Of a DNA stretch of 64,000 nucleotides, positions 25,307-36,138 are shown in pieces (the stretch's first letter is position 1; the number at the start of each line of letters is the position of its first letter). The stretch is taken from positions 50,697-114,696 of the forward strand of contig DF237211.1 in assembly GCA_000708835.1 (NCBI GenBank). The letters run 5' to 3'. The notes under the pieces are model-generated. The model was not told the origin of the DNA and did no database searches. It saw only the letters and a program-made list of their open reading frames with translations. Position numbers and translations under genes: made by a program. The DNA is from Klebsormidium nitens (Eukaryota > Plantae > Klebsormidiophyceae).

Positions 25307-28300
25307 TCAACCCACAAGGCTTGGAAGAGGCTTGAGGTCCGGCAGCCGGAACACTTCTGCCGCGGATGTATCAAAGATGGACTTCTCGCGATAGTGATCA
25401 AGATACAACCTGCTATTTGTCAAGATTCCCTCGCCCGCTTTCCATCCTTGGCACCAGCTTTTGAACGCTCCGAACTCCCCCCCAGCGCTACACTCCCTGC
25501 CGTCCCCGTCGACACCCCCAATCCGAACCAAACCTGACGCCGCCGCCATGTCCTTCTTGGTTCGCACCCCCCCAGGCGCGGGGCCTCCCTGCCTCGACTT
25601 TTGCCACGTGGCCCGCGCAAAATCCACCATTTGGATCCAGAAGTAGTTGATGGTCATGTGGAACCCGCTTCCTTCGTGCCGTCTCAGCTCGGTTAGTATT
25701 TTCTCCTTTCCCTGAGCCCTTCCCAGCGTAATCAGGTAGAGGAAGATCACCCGGATCAGGCACTCGTGGTTCCACCGGTCGAGCTGCCCGCCCTCGAAGC
25801 GCGCCAAGAAGTCGGCGTCGTTTTCCGAGGCGTGAACGGCTGACGAGAGGAGAGCACGGGTGAGCGAGGGGAGCGGTTTTACGGTGTGACTCTCACTGCT
25901 TCAACCGAGAAAGGTACCGACAACACGCAGGAAGCCGTCACTACTCCGAGCACAATCGAGGTTTCCAATCCGCAAGCAAGGGGCACAAGAGCTGCGGTCT
26001 TGATACCGGAACCGGAGATTGAAGCGAACAGAAAGAATTGCGCAAGCACGGCTTGCACAAGGCAGCCAGTTCGTCGAACAGCGGTCCAGCCGCAACGTTG
26101 GCTCTGAACTCGAGCTCCAAAAGTAACCAGCCGTGTCATAAAAGCTTTTACAGGACTGCAAAATCCGAATCAGCCTCAGCCCTGGCAGCAAAAAGGAAAA
26201 GGCGATCCGAACACTATGTAAATTGTCAAAGCCTGCTTGCAGTGCATACCGGATCCAGTTGAACTGCTCTCCGCTGCCGGCGAGATCCCGGCCGTCTTTT
26301 CCAACGCGCTCGAGCGCTCGCGCACGTCCGACACCAGGCTGGGCAGGGGCGCCTTGTCCGGCAGCACGACGGACGTCCGCGCCTCGGGCGTGTGCAGCAT
26401 CAGCTTCTTGGAGTAGTAGGCCAAAAACATGCCGCCGTTGGCGAGCTGCAGCAACCGCGCAGGGTTTTAAAACCTTTGTGGGTGGAGATCTGAACTTTGC
26501 GGCCGGACGACACTCTAGGCCTCGCCTTCTGCTCCTCATTTGGAGCTTTCCTTCGCCACGGCTGTGCCTGAATACAAGCCCAGGATTGATCTAGCGCGCA
26601 GGTTTATGCAAAGTGGCAGGCTTAGCGACTACTGCCAAGGTTGATTACGCGAACAATGCGCAAAGGGGTCAAGTTGAAACCGTTCAGACCGTCAAACGTG
26701 TCGGCACAGAACGGCCTCAGAGATAAGATTTTCGTTGATCCAGTGGAGCCACCAAATTCAAGGGCGGGCGTCCCACCTGCGGGTTGAGCAGGAGGAAGGT
26801 CTTGAAGCCGCCGTCGGGGTTGCTGGTGGTCGCGAGCGCGTAGTGCACCATATGCACCCAGAAGTACGTCATCGTCTCGTGGAACGTCGTGCCGCGCGCG
26901 CGTTTCGTCCTCGGGCTGTTGGCAATGAACGCCCTGCGCTCGGGAGGGGGTCTACCGTGAACGTCTACAATCTGGGAGTGAGAAGAGAACGGACTGCAGA
27001 TCGCGCTTATGTCAGGTTCGGTTGACAAGTTTGTGAGGCCAGGATTTGGATGGGTTTGCAGAGCAGGCCCCAGCGCTTGTTGGAATTAGTTGTAGCAAGC
27101 GTCTCGAAGGGTAAGGTGCGCAAGGGGCGGGTTCGCTATCCGCTTTCGATCTGCGGGTCCGAGAGCATCGTCAGACAGCCCCCGAAAATGCTCTGATTAA
27201 GCCTCGCCTTACTGACCTTGGCAGGGGTAAAGGACTACGACATCTAGAATCCAATTTACCGAAAAACCGACCGCCCGAAGTTCGACGGCCAGGGATGCAA
27301 GCCTGAAGCAAATGAAAGCATGGCCCGGATGCTCTGGCCGTGGGGGGCAACTTTCGTAACTACTGTTTGAAGAGGTAAAGGGCAGCGGAAGAGGTCAAGA
27401 CGGAGCTGCAATCACAATGACTTCGACCGGATGAGCGCTAAACGCAAAGCACAAACTCTCGTCAGCACTCCCGGGAGTAAACAGAAGATGATGCTTAGAG
27501 AAACCCAGTCGAGCGGCGGAACCTACTTGATCCCCTCGAAAATGAGCCGCATGCCCTCTCTCCGGCCCTCTCTGGTTAAGTACAGCCACGCGATGCGCAG
27601 ATGGGTCCGGTGGTCCCAAGAGTCTAGAGTGTAGGTTCTGCAGCAAGGAAACGCAAGCGTTTACTCGTGCGTACGACTTTCGTCGCGGTGAGTTGATCAA
27701 ATTACCGTGCCAAGTGTCAGACCGGAACGCGTGACCTGGACGGAAAGAGGGTGCGGGGAGAGACGATGTCTGTTCTACGAAACCGCTGTTGCCCACGAAA
27801 GACTTTGAGCTGAGAGTCCGCCCGTGGTGCAGACACTTCTGAAATGTCGCGGGTTAGCAAGAGTTGCCTGATATTCCGAAAGACGTTGCAAACGCAGTCA
27901 GGCCTCCTCAGGGCGAAAGCGCCGCTACACTACGCCGTGGCAATCGACTCACTGACATGATCGGTGACGCTACTCTCAAATTCGATGCTTCCTCGTTATC
28001 GAACCATGCAACTTTCCGGAGGCGAGAGCTTGCCTGCCAAGCAATGCCCTGTTCCGGGTTCCCTCACCTAAACTTGTCCAGAAACTCGTCGTCTGGCTCG
28101 TCCTCCTGCTCCAGCCACTGCTGCAACAGGGCCTCCATCTCCTTCTCCTTGGTGGACAGCTCCGGAGGCGCGCGCGCCGGGCCCGCTTCCTTTCGGCCCG
28201 ACCCTCTCTTGGCTCGAAGAGCATCTTGGATCCACTGAAGACCCTCGTAGAGACCCTCCCCGGTGAACGCCGAGCAGCCGATGCAGGCCCAGGGGCGGTC

Positions 28301-30000
28301 GAGGTTCTGAAGGGCAAGCTTTGAGGATACCTGTGACGTCATGATGGGGGCCGGTCAGAACTTGCCGAAAGACGGAGACCTGTGACGTCATCATTGGAGC
28401 CGGTCAGAACTGCCAGGAAAAGGACAACTGTGACATAGTCATTGTGGCCGGCGGAATAACGGAAGAGGAAGTTGCCCCCTCTCGTGGGCTGAAAGCAGTC
28501 AGTGACACATTTGAAAAGATGCTGATGGTTGGAGCGCACCTCTTCTGGAGTCATCACGTTGGGAAGGTCCTGCTTGGTTGCCCAAACTAGGAAAGGCACG
28601 TCTTGGAGAACCTCCTCACTTAACAGTCTCTGGATCTCCTCCCGCGCTTCATCGACCCTGTCTCGGTCAGACGAGTGAGCGAACCTGCGCAGCCAGACCT
28701 ACAGTGACATTTGTTATACGAAGGGCAACGCAATAGAATCGAGGATGAGAGATCAGTTTGCACCACTTTGGTCGTAGGATGAACGAGCACTGGGTCACTC
28801 CAAATGATGTTGTGACTGTAGTAGTGGAAAGTCGGGATGTGATCATGCACCGCTGCTTATCAAAGGGGATGAGCGTGACTGAGAATCTGAAGTTGCAATC
28901 ACCATAAAGGCAGGAGGGTCAGGGCTCCGGTGCTCCCATGGAACACACTTTATCAACATATCCTTTGCAGGCCCCATCAAGGCATCAAAACGCTTCAATT
29001 TGTCTTTCTCTCATTTTGGGGACTGACCTTTCCTGTCCAAAGTCTCAATCAGAGGAAGGCGGTCAAGCTAGGCCAGAGTATCAGGCTCAAAGCGGGTGAG
29101 GTTTTAAGTAGTCAGCTTCTAAGTAGTGCCAAAACCAGAGTTCACGACCATCATGCCCATATTTCCACCAGAAGATGCAACAAGTTCTCCTTGAAGATAC
29201 GGCCCCAGCTTACCATATGAGAGCCTGCGTATTTTGGAAGTAGTGCCTCCACAGAGGCCTGATCTTGTCGCAGCCCCCGACATCCCACATCGTGAAGGAC
29301 GTTCCCCCATGCGTGACGGTCTCAACGTTGAAGCCTGGAGAAAACAAGGCCGTCAGGTCAGGTGCTAGAAAAGCCCATTCGCAACAAAGGGGCCTCATAC
29401 TGACCTCAACTTACTTGTTTGAGATCTGGAAAACCAGGACTGTCTCATGTCAAGGCCTCCTGTGTTGGGGGTTGTGCTCATCAAGCAGCGTTGATTTGAA
29501 ACAAATGGTGTAAAAGATCTGAGCTAGCAAAGGCACTTGATTGAAGTCATGGCCAGAGGGCCCTCCAGACAGCTTCAATTCTTGCTGAGTAAAGTCTGGC
29601 GACTCGCGAAACAATCACACAGATATACAAGGAAAACAAGGCCGGGATTTTCTTTTTACTGCTCTCAGTCTGATCACCACCATTGCGGCAATCAAGCCGC
29701 TTGACCACCCACGACTGGAAGGCCCTCTCCAATTCATGTGCAACATTGCACATGCATGACTCAAAGCGGCATTCATGGCAAAGGTGTTCACAATTCATAC
29801 AGATGGTGTTTCAAGGCTGTTACTTTTGTGGGAGCAAGGGGCTTTGGAGACTGACCAATGGTGGGGATGGTGGTGACAATCTCCCCCAGCTTCAGCTTAT
29901 ACAGAGTGGTGGTTCTGCCTGCTGCGTCCAGGCCCAACAAAAGAACCCGCACTTCTGGCCGTCCATAGATCTTCTCAATCATCCGACCAATGATGGACAT
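25307..30000 (-). CDS. Atypical ARF-family GTPase fused to two tandem copies of an uncharacterised W(D/N)H...FH(E/M)T..YFW...PD..PLP domain; join(30000-29856,29334-29214,28684-28540,28330-28068,27637-27527,26933-26777,26445-26250,25839-25307)
   Basis: All eight GT-AG exons join in frame. ARF part: [81 protein letters not shown]. Repeat 1: [38 protein letters not shown]. Repeat 2: [36 protein letters not shown]. Confidence 0.85.
28329..28456 (-). repeat. Three ~49-bp tandem copies of an intron 3' end (ARF-fusion gene)
   Basis: (a/c)ctgtgacgtcat....g.ccggtcagaact at 28329 and 28378, and a degenerate copy at 28426. Each supplies a minus-strand cacag acceptor. Confidence 0.8.
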
Positions 30001-30994
30001 TGTGCCACCGCTCTGAACGATGATGTCAAAGAGACCTTAATTGCCAAGGAAATGTCCAACGTCGTTGCAAATCCTAAAGTAGTAGCTTGATTGAAGTTCA
30101 CCAGTCAACTAACAATCAACAGCTATTAGTCAACCAGTCAGCTGTCGGGTTTGAAAGGGCTTTTTAGGATTGTCAGGAAACTCAACCGCACAGTTGTGAG
30201 ACTTGAGGATGAAAGTTTGTATCTCTTGCCCACGCTTCTTCACGACATTGTCCCAGCTCTTCATGATCACAAAGAGCACAGGGATGCTGACAGCAGCACG
30301 AGCCGTCTTGCTGCCCCGTCTCTATCCCAGCATTGTCTCCTACGCTCAAAATGGCTGAAGTGCCATCTGGAGCTAGGCGTCAAGCAATCCCCCTAGCTGA
30401 ACTTGAAGCCACCTGAACTTGAAGTTGAAGCCTTCACTATTACTAGCTTAAAGTAAATCAGCTTAAGTTAGTGGGAGAAACCCCGGAACTTTTTTGACCC
30501 GGGTTCTGCATGTGACCACGTTTGTAACCCAGCAGTTTTCTGCCCAGGGTCCCCGACAACGGCATGCGGTCGCGGGTTCAGATAACCGCTCGGTTTGAAG
30601 AAGAAGCCAGGTTGGTTTTAGCTGGGTTTAGCTCCTGGAAGCAGGAAGAAAGCACTGCGGTGAAACTTCTGAAACAGTGAAAGCACAGGCTGAGGTAGAT
30701 CCTGCCTGTGAAGCTTGCAACTTCAAGCGCCCACCAGCTCTTCTACACAAAGATTTTGCCCTCTCGAAGAGCTGAACGCACGCCAGCAGGGCTGTCAAAC
30801 TCAACTTTGTCCAGAAACCTTACAGAGATTGCCGCAGCAAAAAAGAATTGGACAAGCTAGCAACCAACCGGGCTGCTGCAAGAACGCGCCCGTTTTCTTG
30901 ACTTTTTTGCGCTCCGCATTCGGTACAGCGGCAGACCAGTAATTGGATCTCAGTGGGCGTTGGTTCGTTTGTAGCAAGAGTTAAGGTGGGGACA

Positions 30995-32937
30995 ATGGTG
31001 AAACTTACCTTGATTGCCAGAGTCACGGACGGGTTGCCTCTAGCAGAGGGGCTGGATGATGGCAGGGATCAAAGGGACTTGGAAGTCTACAAGCAGCAAG
31101 CAAAGCAGCTTTTCAAGAAGATGTCGCAAGGGCCGCCGCCTGCATCCAGAATGTCGTACGAGTCGGGACCTTACGTTTTCCAGTATCCTCATGATCAGCT
31201 TTAGTTGCTCTGTCTGCATGCTGAAAGAGTTCACGTTTCCAATGACTTCCGGATGTTTTGAGCATAGATTATTTTCTCTGTTCATCTGTGACAATCCTTG
31301 GAATGCTACTGCAGGCAAGGGGTTGAAATGACGCCACTGCAGGCAAGGGGTTGAAATGATGCCTAAGTTGAGGACTTGCTGTTCACTTTACTGCTAAAGT
31401 CTGGCACCTTGACATCTCAATTCTGTCAGCTACATCATCGAAGGCGGAGTATGTTACCTGACCGTGTGTGAAAAGGCCTACCCCAAGAAGCTCGCATATC
31501 AGTATCTCGAGGACCTTCAAAAGGAGTTTGAGAAGGTTAACCGAGAACAGATTGAGACGGTGGCAAGGCCTTATGCCTTCATCAAATTTGGTAAGTCCCT
31601 TTCAGGATCTCGATGGTGCCGGTGGGACAGCAGTATACGGTTCGTATGTATTGCCCATCCCTCGGAAACATTACAATCAATATCGTCGGTTATCAATCGC
31701 TCTCATTGTTTGATTTTGCGTCGGAAGTCTCCCTTTGCATATGTAGTGTCTGGCTCAACAGTGAGGGTCTTCTTCCCAAAGCTGCAGAGGAGTATACCCA
31801 GGTTTTTGCTCGATCGAAGCCCCACAAGCTTCTGCTTTCCGTCAGCAATTGCTAACCGGCAGTCACCAGACAAGCAATGCTGTCATTTTGGTCAAGGAAA
31901 CCCGACAGATTGATGTTGGTGTCTGCACCACAAGATATCAATTCTGCTTTTGACAAACTCTCTTGATGCAGACACGTTCATACAAAAAACAAAGAAGTTA
32001 TATCAGGACACAAAGACGCAGCGGAACTTGAACAAGCTGCAAGACGATCTTCACGAAGTCCAACAGATTATGACTCGGAACATTCAGGAAGTGTTGGGGA
32101 TGGGAGACAGGCTCGACAGTAGGTTCATTTGCCCTTGCTGACTTTGTATCATCATTTTCGGTGTCTTTCACGCAGAGTCTGAAGAAGTCCATGTCTTAGC
32201 AGAATTTTGCGAGCATCACTTCTGCAGAGAGCTTGACGTACAGCCAAACTGCATCTGTAAATTCGCTTGCAGAGCTCACTGTTATTCCAACATGGAAAGA
32301 TCCTTACAAGCGATCATTTGGAATGCAGAGTACCTGAATCTTTTGACTGCTAATCTGTTGATTGCGTTGTTTAGGTTAGTCTTCTTCTTTTGACGCTGAG
32401 GAGGTTGAAAGCCTCTCACGTTTGTAAGACACATAAGGCATCAAAATGCTCAGTTGAGATTTATATTTGTGCGCCATGGGGGCGTAGAATCTCTGGTGCG
32501 TCCTGGCTTCGGAGAAGGGGAAAGTTTGATCTGTGTTCAGACCCTGTCAGTCCACTCATCAAAGGTTGAGACCTTTCAGCCTGCCTTTAATGCTGGTCAC
32601 TGCTGCTGTTATGCAGATGTCACACGGATGTCCAACACCCTGACATCCGAGTCGCGCATCTATGCCAAGAAAGCGGAGGATCTTAGTCGACAGGTAAGTT
32701 GAGTTCTGTGATTATTCTTCTTTAGCATCGACTCTTCATACGACTCTTCATAAGCTGCCTCATGCTCTCATGTCATTCTTTGCCCCTTTTGGCTCTCGCA
32801 TATGCTTCCTTATCCTCTCAATCGCCAACGAACCGATGTGTTTGCTGCAGGCGTTGATAAGGAAATGGGCGCCGTATGTGATCATCGTAGGAACTGTTCT
32901 GATTCTGACGTACCTCAAAAGCTTTTGGTTTCGGTAG
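30995..32937 (+). CDS. SEC22: SEC22 longin R-SNARE
   Basis: MVKLTLIARVTDGLPLAEGLDDGRD..., YIIEGGVCYLTVCEKAYPKKLAYQYLEDLQKEF, RPYAFIKFDTFIQKTKKLYQDTKTQRNLNKLQDDLHEVQQIMTRNIQEVLGMGDRLD and a C-terminal TM (KWAPYVIIVGTVLILTYL). Stop TAG at 32935-32937. Confidence 0.95.
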
Positions 32938-33403
32938 TGGTGAAGGCTTGCCCACTTTCTGCAAGAGGAAGGCGGCCTTTTTTAGGACGACCGGAAGTCT
33001 CTGCTCTCATATTTGTTCACAGCCGGTGCTTGTGAGTCCGCTTGTCATCATTGTACATAGTCCATGCCTCCTGTTTGGTGACAGAGCACCGACTGCATGA
33101 GCGATAAACTACGTGTTGTATACTTACGTCTCCACAATACTTGCGAAGAATATTGACTTTTCCATCGCACATCCAAGTGGAGGCTACCTACGGCTGGTCG
33201 AAAGATCAGATGCATGGCATGACGCATATCAACAGCGTTAAAAAGCAGATTTCGATTTTATTTCTCTGTTAGTATCCGATTGTATATTGTGGATTCGGAA
33301 GAATTGCGTTAATGTATATGATCAGCTCATGTGCCTTCTTAAAGTCATTTTCATTTGACGGCTGCAGCTCTAATCCTATATGCATATGACCTGGCCATGC
33401 GGT

Positions 33404-33606
33404 CCCAGCTGAGTCTGGCAACGCTAGCTTGCACTAAGAGCAGCTTGCACTAAGATAGGCACCCGGGGGACGGGTGGGGTTAGTCTGGGGGTTAGGGTGG
33501 GTACGGGTGCGGAGCGCGTTGTTTGTAATTGGTTAGGGTTTTTAGTTTGGGTGCCCGGGAGCTACGTATCATAGTGCAAGCGAGCGTTGCCAGTATTCCC
33601 AGCTGG
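33404..33606. mobile_element. Putative MITE (non-autonomous element with ~32-bp imperfect terminal inverted repeats)
   Basis: Left arm ccagctgagtctggcaacgctagcttgcacta (33405-33436). Right arm tagtgcaagcgagcgttgccagtattcccagctgg (33572-33606). Inner ggcaccc/gggtgcc pair and G-rich core with ttaggg motifs. No ORF and no target-site duplication identified. Confidence 0.5.
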
Positions 33607-34222
33607 CCGCCGGGCAGCTATAGATAATTAATATCATTGATCTGTATTCATTAATCGAGTCATCGAATTTAATAGCGGCAATATATAACACTTGAATGCG
33701 AGCATGAAAGATTGCACACCATGAGCCGGGCGGCGTCGCGGCACTGCATGTGAGGCTGGCATGCCAAATCCACGTACGTCGCGAGGCCTACGCCAATTTG
33801 ATACATATAATATCCAACCATGAATGACAGCTAGATTATAACGCGACGGGATCTTCGGGCTGCCTGCCTTTGTCACTATTCTGCTGGTCAAGTGACTCCA
33901 CATGAAGACATCATGCATCAAAGTTCCAATCTTCTAAACTTCGAACTTAACATAGCAGCTGGCCTGACATGATCGGGTCCCTTCAGAAACACACCTGCGC
34001 ACTGTATGCATACAGCCTATTTTATACCTTTCCTGTTAGTTGATGCCGGTTTCCTTTTAGTCAATCGACAATGAGGACCCCATCAACGATTGCAGTTGCC
34101 GGCCCTTTGCACACTCTCATCCACAGAGGAGGGCACATTCATAATCGCCAAATAAACTGCTTTGAAATAGTATGCGTTCTTATGTACAATTATCCTGTTT
34201 GAAGGACTACTTTCTGCTTGAA

Positions 34223-35019
34223 CTAAGAGTGTGGTTCTGCTGTATCGTCTATGTCATGTTTTTGAATATCGATTTCCTCGTATTGGTCTGAATCTGCAGA
34301 AACACATTCAGAAACTTGTTTGGGAACAGAAGCAGGTTAGCAACTGTTGGCTGAGGCAGGGGCAACATCCTTCTTTGCTTTACTTTAATGTCTGGGCTGT
34401 TTGAGCAGGTTTTGATCATGTATACAACAAAACAAGGGCAGACATGGTAAAGATGCTGTCGCATCTCCTGTATTGACGTTGTATTCGGGGCGTGTTCCAA
34501 CCAGATGCAAGAAGGATGCATAGGCTGATCAATGCATCTGAACCATTTACGCTGTATCTTGAAGATTCTCTCCGGTTACTGAAAAACTCACCTGGAAGTT
34601 TATATTGGAGGGCTACGACAGCATCATTTTCTACCTGGAAAATAGATACAAGCTTTTTCACGCAAAGGCAGAAGGGCTCATCAAAACATAAGGGTCTGAG
34701 ACCAGCTCACAGGAAATTGCAATTCATCAGGAACATGTTCGGAAAAAGGCTGAAAATCCAAAGCCCCACAACTTCAAGGAACTTCCCTTGTTCACACAAG
34801 GATTGCCCTTTGTGGAGATGGGGAGTCTTTACTTACTTTCTGCTCAGCGAGCGTCTTTCCATCTTCCAAAACTTGCCCCGTCGAGACCAGAGTCAGTCGT
34901 TGCTGATCCACCGGCTGCTCGCTGAGTGCCTGGAGCTTCTCCTTGACTTCCAGGATTGAGTCAGAAGGCTCAACGTGTAAAAAGTAGGTCACCTTTTTGT
35001 GTTTCACTCTGACGTACAT
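34223..35019 (-). CDS. ELOB: Elongin-B-like ubiquitin-like protein
   Basis: MYVRVKHKKVTYFLHVEPSDSILEVKEKLQALSEQPVDQQRLTLVSTGQVLEDGKTLAEQK|VENDAVVALQYKLP|DSDQYEEIDIQ... in three GT-AG exons. Matches the remembered plant Elongin-B-like ubiquitin-fold pattern. An extra upstream coding exon cannot be excluded. Confidence 0.75.
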
Positions 35020-36138
35020 AGACTGCAAAGAACCACACTCTTGGTCACCTGTCTGGCTTTCAAGTTGATTTCAGTGAGATTCTCACATACCACCGTCACT
35101 GGAAAATTTGATTAAAGGCACACCACCTTTGGTTTCCCTTTGCTCCTAAGTTCTGCAGATAGACAAGCTCTCGGGCTGAAGTACAGCACGTAATAAAGTA
35201 TTGACAATTTTAACCATTTTGCATGCTTTCTAAGAGCATACTTCACACATGGATCAGGCAATTGTGAGCACCACTGGATGATCTGAGACTCAATTGCAAG
35301 TCGATAAATGCCTGCTCTTGCTCAAGAACCTGGGCATACCTCTGATGGGCCTAGACGCAATTGCCAGCGTGCAAACTGTATTTAGGCAAGTCTCTTACCA
35401 TTTTGGCTCCCTTTGTTGGTCCCAATTGGAGGTCCTCAACGCTCCCAAATAACTGTCTAAGTCGCTATGGTGAAGCTGACATGCAACACTCGGGGGATAT
35501 TAGTGGGCACAGAGAAAGCAGGAAGGAAGGCCAATAAGACAATTCGGGAAGCAAGCGTTTTTTGTGCAAAGGTTTTGTGCTCCTTCCTTTAAGTTTCACA
35601 ATGCGGCTGCCTCCTCAGCCTGTCCGGCCGTGCTTCTGTTTCCTCATGCCAGGACAGGCATTGCATATGTTAGCACCATGACATATATCAGCCATATTTT
35701 GTTCGAATACTTGGGCCGCAAGACTTCCATATGCGCTTGGTTTTGCTCCTCGCGGATCAAACCGCAGTATACGAAATAAAGAGAAGGAGACACGAGCCCA
35801 GTGAGTTCGGAAGTCGAGCAGACCATTACTGCCAAGCTACATATTCGAAAGACCCGGCTAAAACGGGGATGCATCGGACGACCATACGTTGACGCTGTCG
35901 AACGCAAAGCTGCGAATTTGTCTCGACGTCTCCCCTCGAGCTGCCAGCTCAAGACTGGATAGGCTAGGCTTGCTGGCGGAAACACCACAACAAAGCTCCG
36001 CGGGCCGCCCCTAGTAAAGGCTGAAGCTTCCACTTCCAGCTGCTCGTAGAGTTTGAACACATCCATCGCAGAAGGCCCACTTGCTTGACACTACAGCGGC
36101 CACGTGAAAAGGTAGGGGCGGAGAGCAGGGTCGCCGCG

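Noticed and set aside
4219-32815. Scattered P1BS-like GNATATNC motifs (~4219, ~6968, ~25064, ~32798)
   Set aside because: A motif with six fixed bases is expected about 15 times per 64 kb by chance, and none cluster in a promoter.
33470-33545. TTAGGG-like words as a possible interstitial telomere
   Set aside because: Only two or three non-tandem copies, inside a TIR element.
35644-36066. 140-aa minus-strand ORF upstream of ELOB
   Set aside because: No recognisable domain; it lies in the probable promoter/5' UTR region between divergent genes.
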